DNA of 63,700 bases, the filler included, from Octopus bimaculoides (taxonomy: Eukaryota), in assembly GCF_001194135.2 (NCBI RefSeq). It is 9 parts of 8 records of this genome, joined end to end, with 100 filler letters (N's around TTAATTAATTAA, not from the genome) between each part and the next. Parts side by side here need not be neighbours in the genome. Positions count along the whole stretch, not along the records: positions 47,825 to 59,361 come from NC_068995.1; positions 59,462 to 62,539 come from NC_068990.1; positions 62,640 to 63,700 come from NC_068990.1; 6 more parts are not named here. One strand, given 5' to 3'. The notes under the pieces were generated by a model. The model was not told the DNA's origin. It ran no database searches and was given only the letters and a program-made list of their open reading frames with translations. Below, piece by piece: positions 54,817-63,700 of this stretch. Position numbers and translations under genes: made by a program. Numbering within the stretch: the first letter of the stretch is position 1; every line of letters begins with the position of its first letter.

Positions 54817-55334
54817 GTGCGTGCATAAGCATCGCTTTCTCATCTCCTCTCTCTTTCTCTTCTTTCCTTTCTCTTTTTCTCTTAGCTTTTCTCTTTCTCC
54901 TCGCTCTCTCACTCTCTTTTCTTTTTCTCTTTCTCTCATTCTTTCTGTCTGTCTTTCTCACTCTTTCTCTTTGTTTTTCTCTTCCCCTTTCTCTCTCTCT
55001 CTCTTTCTCTCACTGTTTCCGTCTCGCTCTCTCTTTTCCTCTCACTCTTTCTCTTCCTTTAACTCTTCCCTTCTCTCTCTCCTCTCTCTCCCTCTGTCTA
55101 TCTCTTTGCTTCTGTGCATATGTATCTCTTTCTCTTCTCCTCTCTGTCTCTCTGTCTCTCTCTCTCTCTCTCTCCCTTTCATTTTCTCTTCCCCTTTCTT
55201 TCTCTCTTTCTTCCTTTCCTTTCTCTCTCTCTTCCCTCCTTCTCTCTCTCTCTCTCCCTTTCTCTCTCTCTCCCTCTTTCTGTCCTTTTGTCTCCCTGCT
55301 TGTATTTCTGTCTGAAAATATGTACGAGTGTCTG

Positions 55335-55372
<38 letters not shown>

Positions 55373-55375
55373 TCT
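54560..55375. repeat. (CT)n-rich low-complexity block and (TTA)n
   Basis: Read directly. Confidence 0.95.
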
Positions 55376-55660
55376 GCCTCGTGTCCCTCTTCCAGTGCGT
55401 TTTCAACTGTAACTCGTCGGGGAGCGCCTTCAGCTCACTCTTGCTGACGGCCATAAAATAAGGAAAATTACAAGAAACGTGGAGGAAAATATCTCTTCCA
55501 ATTATAACCAGAGATCTGACCAAAATACAAAGTTTCCAAATCTTCTCTAGATTAAACGCCGTAAAAGAGGCAGGTTTTATGCGATAAATATTGTTACAGT
55601 TGTTGATGTTGCTACTGTTATTACTGCTACTGCTGTTGCTGTTGGTGTTGCTGTTGTTGC

Positions 55661-55694
<34 letters not shown>

Positions 55695-56211
55695 GAGGAT
55701 GAGTCTCAGGTCAACTCTGATTGAGTAGATTTATGATAAAAGTGATTTATCGTAAGCGCAGGCGTGGCTAAGTGGTAAGGAATTTGCTTTCCGATTTCAT
55801 GGTTTGGGGTTCAGTCGCACTGCGTTGCACCTGTCATCGTTGGCATTTTGTATGAGCAGTGGTTAGTGATGGTCTTCCCTGGCCACAAGTGGACATCCCT
55901 ATCATCATCATCCATCATCTATGTATGTATGTATGTATCTATGTATGTATGTCGTTGCTCAGTTTTATTTCAAGACTTCCTGTCAATAGAGAAAGAAACG
56001 GAAGGGCCGCCCCGGGCGAAATCCACTCTGCCTACGCTAGTGAACGTGATACAATATGCAGAGTAGATGTGGCCGAGTTCCTCTATTGATATCTGGAGTT
56101 CCACACCATTGCTACTCCATGAAGTGCAGAAACGGGAAATTCGGAGTAGCAACCGAGTGAGACTCCATTTTCGAAGAAATCCTGAAATGAGTATACGTGC
56201 GTAGAGTAGTA

Positions 56212-56256
<45 letters not shown>

Positions 56257-56404
56257 GTGCATCTGTGTATTTATGTATGTACCTATGCGTGTGTCTATGT
56301 GTGCGTGTCTATGTGTGTGTGCTTATGCGTGTGTGTAAGCCTGTTTGCGTGTGTGCTTATTTGTTCCGCGTATGTGTGTGTACATGTGTATGTGTGAGAG
56401 CTTC

Positions 56405-56458
<54 letters not shown>

Positions 56459-57095
56459 CTTCTTTGTGTATGTGTGTGCGCGTGCGCGCACCTGAATACT
56501 TTCATACACACACACATAGCCGAGCAAAGCCACGCATGCGCAAATAATGTATTTTGAGATCGAAACTTATATAATCAGCTTGCGACTACAAAACCATATG
56601 TACATTTGTACAGCCTTGAGGGGTACCCACCCCGTTCTCGTCCAACCGTCATACTTTTACCCGTGACGTATACCCCCACCCCTCCACCTGCTTCAAACAG
56701 TCTCAATCAGATTTTATTTTGGGTNNNNNNNNNNNNNNNNNNNNNNNNNNNNNNNNNNNNNNNNNNNNNNNNNNNNNNNNNNNNNNNNNNNNNNNNNNNN
56801 NNNNNNNNNNNNNNNNNNNNNNNNNNNNNNNNNNNNNNNNNNNNNNNNNNNNNNNNNNNNNNNNNNNNNNNNNNNNNNNNNNNNNNNNNNNNNNNNNNNN
56901 NNNNNNNNNNNNNNNNNNNNNNNNNNNNNNNNNNNNNNNNNNNNNNNNNNNNNNNNNNNNNNNNNNNNNNNNNNNNNNNNNNNNNNNNNNNNNNNNNNNN
57001 NNNNNNNNNNNNNNNNNNNNNNNNNNNNNNNNNNNNNNNNNNNNNNNNNNNNNNNNNNNNNNNNNNNNNNNNNNNNNNNNNNNNNNNNNNNNNNN

Positions 57096-57330
57096 TGTGT
57101 GTGTGTGTGTGTGTGTGTTGATATATGTCCTTCTTTAGGTGTAATACGATCTGTGTGTGTGTGTGTGTGTGTTGATATATGTCCTTCTTTAGGTGTAATA
57201 CGATCTGTGTGTATGTGTGTGTCTGTGTGTGTCAGTGCGTGTGTCTGTATGTATCTGTGCGCGTGTGTATGTGTGTGTGTTTGTTGATATGGCCTTCGTT
57301 GAGTGTAATACGATCTGTGTGTATGTGTGT
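57096..57330 (+). repeat. Compound tandem repeat (GTTGATATATGTCCTTCTTTAGGTGTAATACGATC + (TG)n), 3 copies
   Basis: Copies at ~57117, ~57171 and ~57283. Confidence 0.85.
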
Positions 57331-57376
57331 GACTGTGTGTGCCTGTGCGTGTGTCAGTATGTTTCTCTGTGTGTGT

Positions 57377-57468
<92 letters not shown>

Positions 57469-57556
57469 GTGTGTGTGTGTGTGTGCTTTCGGAGGAAAGA
57501 CAGAGAGGATGTGAGAGGTGCTCATGTCTGATACATTTGCCTTTGAGCCTAACATC

Positions 57557-57591
<35 letters not shown>

Positions 57592-59299
57592 AGTGTGTGT
57601 GTCTGTCTGTCTGTCAGTCTGTCTGTCTGTCAGTCTGTCTGTGTACGTGTGTGTGTGTGAGAGACAAAGTATGTAGGCATGGCCGTGTGGTTAACCAGTT
57701 CGTTCATCAATCATATGAACCAAGGTTCAATCCTGTTACAAGCCTTCAATGAAGGATCGCTCACCATAACCTCAAATTATGGAATGTGTGTTTTCACTTT
57801 CTTCTTCTTCTTCCTCTTTCAATGGTGGACATTAAAGGTGTACATTGTTACTGTGTATAAGAGTTAACATTAGTGGTGAACAATACTACTGTGTATAACA
57901 GTGAACAATGGTGATGAACGATAGCACTGTGTCCAACAGTAAACAGTAATAGTGAACATTGTCACTGTGATATCCCAGCAGGACTTTCGAAGACAAAACC
58001 ATAAAATAACAGATTCGTTGACTATAGCTCCACAAAGCCCTGAATAGAACATCAGAAATGGAAGCAGGAAGAGAAAGACTTAGGGACGCTGTCCAGTAAT
58101 CTCTCGCAAAAGAGAAGGGAGTGCAGCCTCTGCTGGAAACTCTGGGACCAAAATTGCGGAGATTTTGTGGTAGACGTGGAACTGGGAGAGGAAGCTAGGA
58201 ATAGAGACATTGGTAGAGCTCATACCATGGCTTGCTGCTAAATAAAACATCAGATAAAACAAACTTATGACCAAAGACGCTCCGGTCATGACGACACCGT
58301 CATATTTTCATACATAATGCATCTAAAACTACTTTCTTCATATCTGTCCTTCCTTTACTTAAGACTGTTAAGTGGTGTCTGAAGGAGATATGACTGCTAT
58401 ATCTAGCAGACCGAAAACAACATGGAACAATCCTGGGCAAACTGGGGCCCACGAGTCTTTCTGGACGGTAGGCCAACGAAATATTACTAGGAATTGTTTT
58501 AAGGGGAGCTGCCCGCCTAAAGACGAGTCATGTTTGATGCGGCCCGCTTCTCGAGACGGGTTTATATGCCTAACATAGAAGCTTTCATAATTAAACCGGG
58601 TTCAGTCATTGAATCGTATTATCGTTCTATATCTGTACGAGATAAAGTGAACAATGAAATCGCTGACCCCCACCGAAAAGTGTGCATCTTGGAAACGAAC
58701 TCAGTACTTGGGGATACGAAACGTTTATGCTTCCTCTTCGATTGTCCAGAACCTAACAAGTCTTCGCCATCTGCAGCTGGACAACGAAGACGGAAAGGAG
58801 AAGCAATGATTATCTACAGAACAACAGCTGAACCTGACGTACAATTCATTTAGAACTCCTTCCTTTTATCAATGCAACGTCTTATTGTTACGCGAACAAC
58901 AACAACAACAACAACTGCAGCACTTACAGCAACACCACCTACACCACTACCACTGCCACCACCGCTTAACACCACCACCACCACCACCACCTTCACCTAC
59001 TCCCCACCACCGTCTTTTTCCCAATTTCATCCTTTCCTCACAGAGTGAGAGAAAATAGCATTTGTTCTTTGTCTAAATGGACACATTGAGATATATATAT
59101 ATATATATATATATATTTNNNNNNNNNNTATATATATATATACATACATACATATATGTATGTATGTATGTATGTATGTATACATATATAATACTCATCT
59201 ACACCTAGGGACATATATTGATTATATGCTTATACTATGTGGTGTGAGTGTGTGTGAACGTGTGTATGCATGTATTTATATGTGTATATGTGTATGTAT

Positions 59300-59361
<62 letters not shown>

Positions 59362-59819
59362 NNNNNNNNNNNNNNNNNNNNNNNNNNNNNNNNNNNNNNN
59401 NNNNNTTAATTAATTAANNNNNNNNNNNNNNNNNNNNNNNNNNNNNNNNNNNNNNNNNNNNTAAATTAATCAAATTCTACCACCTCCTAGATTTCGATTA
59501 TCTCCCCTATACCGGAAGAAATCCCTAATTACCTCCCCCTATCTAGAACTCTTCTTTTTCAGACTGGAACGAACACGTTACAATGAAGTAGAGAAATTTG
59601 AAAAGACAACACGAAACCGGTTATTTCTCAAAATACAATGTTTATATACCAAAAACATTTTATAACATTTTTCTAACATTTTTCTGACATAATTTAAATA
59701 TATACTTTAACCATGTAACACAAGCCTTCTGTAGTTTTTTCACTCTTATTATCTTTTATACATCCAACCACGTGCTTTCACATACCAACTTTCTCACACA
59801 CATACATATATATATATAT

Positions 59820-59997
59820 AAATTATTATCAAAATTATAATTAAAGGTATCTTTGAGATACCACCATGCTAGATATAGCAGCCAAAACTTGACTCTGTAT
59901 GAACATTTAATGTGGTTTTAGAGTCAAGTTTTGGCTGCTATATCTAGCATGGCAGTATCTCTCAGATACCCTTAATTATAATTTTAATAATAATTAT
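59820..59997. mobile_element. Palindromic MITE with ~77-bp arms
   Basis: CCATGCTAGATATAGCAGCCAAAACTTGACTCT versus AGAGTCAAGTTTTGGCTGCTATATCTAGCATGG. Confidence 0.85.
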
Positions 59998-60097
59998 TAC
60001 CTATGAGGTTTTTATTCCCATGCTGTCCACCGAATAAGATCGGTATTTTGAATAACGATCTTATCCTTATATATATATATATATATATATAATGGTA

Positions 60098-60190
60098 AGG
60101 AGAACGGAGATTTTTCACATCTATAATTCTTTTTAACAGTTATCTAACTGTTAAATGGAATTATAGATGTGTAAATGTCTCCGTTCACCT
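60098..60190. repeat. 93-nt near-perfect hairpin (~45-bp stem, 2-nt loop)
   Basis: AGGAGAACGGAGA..CACATCTATAATTC..TTTAACAGTTA-TC-TAACTGTTAAA..GAATTATAGATGTG..TCTCCGTTCACCT. Confidence 0.85.
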
Positions 60191-60402
60191 AATCGTTATT
60201 AACACTATTACTTACTCTAGGGAAATTATGCAGTTCTGAATAGGACACGCGAATTTACCTAGCGATAAAAGTTACCAGAGCCGAACAACTTATTGTTCGG
60301 AAATCACGAAAGAATTATTGTGGTTAGCTGGCATCTGAAACCAAATTAAAAGGAAACACAGTAACTGCCAGGGCGATATATTCCTTTAGACTCAATTTTG
60401 GT

Positions 60403-60447
<45 letters not shown>

Positions 60448-61804
60448 GTATATGTATATATACATGAGATCATCGAAGCCCTAGCCCGATGGGAAAATGT
60501 TATCCTCGTCTGTTCAAATAAATATCATCATTTCACCGTCCTATTTCGATGGACGATGTTGTTGACAAGTCGAAAGATGTCGAACACTGTTTTCCATTAT
60601 TTGCCTTATTTGTGATTTCTCTTTCACTGTGAACATTATGATGGCATTCTTGGATCTGTGTGGTTTTAAAAACATTATGGATTTCTTTTTATAAGCGCAA
60701 GATTTCAAACAAGGAGATGACCCCATAGCGGGGTCATCATCAAAAGAAGAATGACATTCCAATATTGCGTGTCAATTTTTCCAAATTAGCTACACAAAGA
60801 AAGTAATCAATTCATCGGATTCCTTTTCATGCAAAAAGACAAGTGAGAAAATATATGGAAAGTTACGGAGCCAGCCACATATATATAGCAGTATTTTAAT
60901 TGTAACACTTAAAAATAAGAAAGCGTGATGAAATTCTTTTCTACTCTGGGCACAAGGCCTGAAATTTTTATGATTTGAGGATAATTTGGTCACAACTTTG
61001 GGAGTTCGATTTAGATGATTGAACCAGAATAACATAACAGTGAAAACGCTCTGCAACCAATATAAAGCAATATATTTGATAAAAATCAATTGGTACAATT
61101 GCATTTTCGGTGATCTGCTCCAAATAGCAGCTGAATGTTTCTCGTTTCACACTCTTCCGTTTTAAAGAAAGAAAAGGCGCTTTGCTCATGAGTAGAAAAC
61201 CTTTGATCAGAGATCTGCTCGGATAGAGCTGGCTTATTACCAAAATAACAACAACAGCACCAACAGCAACAGAAATAGCAACAACCATAACAGAAGCAAC
61301 AAGAACAACAAACCAATGATCAACCTTAGTAGCACTTACAAATCTTACATTCACAAGAAAATTGAAAGAAACATAACACATTTTGCTTGATCCCAGAAAA
61401 ACACTGATTGCCAAATTTCTCCTTTACATAACGAAGAACAAACTTAATTAAAATTTAGTCATCTATGTCAGAAACAAAGCAGTAGATCTAAAACGAATCT
61501 TTGTGACACCTAATAAGGTAAATACTATAAGGAAATAAGACTCGAAAACTGCTAAAACCGTTTAAATAAGCATTCTGGCTTGATTTATCTGAGATCGAGT
61601 TTCGCACCAAACAACTGTAATTCAAACATGTTAATGAAAATAACAATTTTGCATGAAATTCTAGTTTCATGTAAAATATTGGACTTCGCTAATAAAATCT
61701 GCCTATCTGTCCTTCAGACTATCTGTTTATGTGTGTATGTATGTATGTATGTATGTATCTGTCTGTCTTCCGTCTGTCTGTGTATCTATCTATCTATCTA
61801 TCTA

Positions 61805-61920
<116 letters not shown>

Positions 61921-62015
61921 NNNNNNNNNNNNNNNNNNNNNNNNNNNNNNNNNNNNNNNNNNNNNNNNNNNNNNNNNNNNNNNNNNNNNNNNNNNNNNNN
62001 NNNNNNNNNNNNNNN

Positions 62016-62080
<65 letters not shown>

Positions 62081-63430
62081 CTGCTTTCTTTCCATTTCTG
62101 TCAGCCGAATCCACTCACAAGGCTTTCTCGGTCTCTGACTATAGTAGTTTTAAAGAAAGCAAAAACACTTTGCTTATGTATGTATTGTAGGTATGTGTAT
62201 ATATGTATATGTATGTATGTATGTATTTATGTATGTATGTATGTATGTATGTATGTATGTGTATATGTATGTATGTGTATATGTATGTATGTATGCATGT
62301 ATGTATGTATGTGTGTATATATATGGGCAAGTATTTGCGTATATATATATATATTTGTATATAAACATAATTAAGGGATCAGCAAATATTTGCTTCACCA
62401 TATACCGAAGTTCAGAAATGATAAACCTTTACCCTTTTAATTTGTAATATATTTGTATATATGTATATTTGTATGCGTGTCTATATATGTGTGTGTATTT
62501 CTATGTATGTTTCTATTTAGGGAGATATGCATGCTGTTTNNNNNNNNNNNNNNNNNNNNNNNNNNNNNNNNNNNNNNNNNNNNTTAATTAATTAANNNNN
62601 NNNNNNNNNNNNNNNNNNNNNNNNNNNNNNNNNNNNNNNTATGTTTACCACCTAAATAAATGTTGTTTAAGTTGTTTAGTCTGGAGTTCAGCGTTCCGTC
62701 AATTTCTTTAATTTTATAGTAGAAAGTCAGGTATACAATCTAAAGATGTATAACCCACTTTCTACTAAATATGTCTATGTCGTTTGTGTTTATAAGAAAT
62801 ACTTGTTTGTGATATAACCCTTTTAAAGTGTCAACAATTTTCCTGCATCACTGTACATTCGATTTCTGAAAATAGACAAATCAACAGCATTAACCCCCAC
62901 CCCTCTACCACCAACAACATCACCACCACAACTACTATTACTGCTGCTACTATTACTATTATTACTACTACCATCGCCACTTCTATTATCTCCTAAAGCA
63001 AAAACGTCACAAAATAGACAACAAAAATATAAATAAATCTGCGCACACAAACCAATATAAATCAGGAATAATTTTTAAATTAAAAGCTAATAACTAGGTT
63101 ATAGAAAGAATCTAGAAATCAATAAAAATAAATAATTTGGGGAAAATTCCACAAAAAAGAAAACAAAAATATGAAAAGTTATGAAACAACAAAGAGAAAA
63201 GTAAATGAAAACATAGAAAGCCATTATTGACATCTGCAGACAAACAATCCCATTAAGATATTCCCTATAACAGTTTTTTCTCTAGTTGTTTACATACAGC
63301 TCAACCAATCAGAACTACGACATAAATTCCTTGAATAAGATGACCCAAATAAAATTTGGGTCATGTGAGGTACAGTTTAATTTGACTAGCTACGAGGACG
63401 TCACTTTTATAGGAGGTGTATTGCCGGTAC

Positions 63431-63694
63431 TGTTATGTTTCCCTCGGGTGACTCGCAGAGATAACACAACGAGTTATACAATTTAATTATTACATTTATT
63501 GTTCAATTACATACAAAGAACGCACTCACCCAATGTTCGTTATGAATAAACAAAAGTCATGTCCGCCATATATATATCAATGACATTTTACTACGACAGT
63601 CCCACAAGACAACAACAATGAAACAATGAACTAAGACGAACCACATGACACACGGAACGTCAGACGAATTACATATCTAACAGTCCATATAACA
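63431..63694. mobile_element. Solo LTR (264 bp) with a 5-bp TSD GGTAC
   Basis: TGTTAT...ATAACA termini flanked by GGTAC at 63426-63430 and 63695-63699. Confidence 0.85.
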
Positions 63695-63700
63695 GGTACT

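Noticed and set aside
60480-60790. 73-aa minus-strand ORF, possibly an RTE endonuclease remnant, with a 9-bp stem-loop at ~60717-60740
   Set aside because: Similarity (KPHRSKN) too weak to call.

Overview
AT-rich eukaryotic genomic DNA, very probably Octopus (coleoid cephalopod), judged from the tRNA-derived SINE families and extreme microsatellite load. About 8% is N (hand estimate). Eight 100-base gaps contain the artificial all-frame-stop linker TTAATTAATTAA. No host gene could be identified by name, and nearly all ORF-track entries are microsatellite or gap artefacts. Recognisable content is decayed transposable elements: a CR1-type LINE, several RTE fragments, a Tx1/L1 zf-RVT fragment, R4/Dong-clade LINE pieces, a 5'-truncated Ty3/Gypsy element with its 3' LTR and an internal 37-bp tandem array, two maT (DD37D) transposons (one full-length with TIRs), mariner- and hAT-type MITEs, probable non-autonomous Helitrons, a solo LTR with a 5-bp TSD, many SINEs and several palindromes. 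The best non-repeat lead is a CpG-depleted domain at about 29.3-47.7 kb, suggestive of a methylated gene body, holding phase-compatible plus-strand exon candidates of an unrecognised protein. I found no convincing new multi-gene system. All homology calls are from motif recognition by eye, not database searches.
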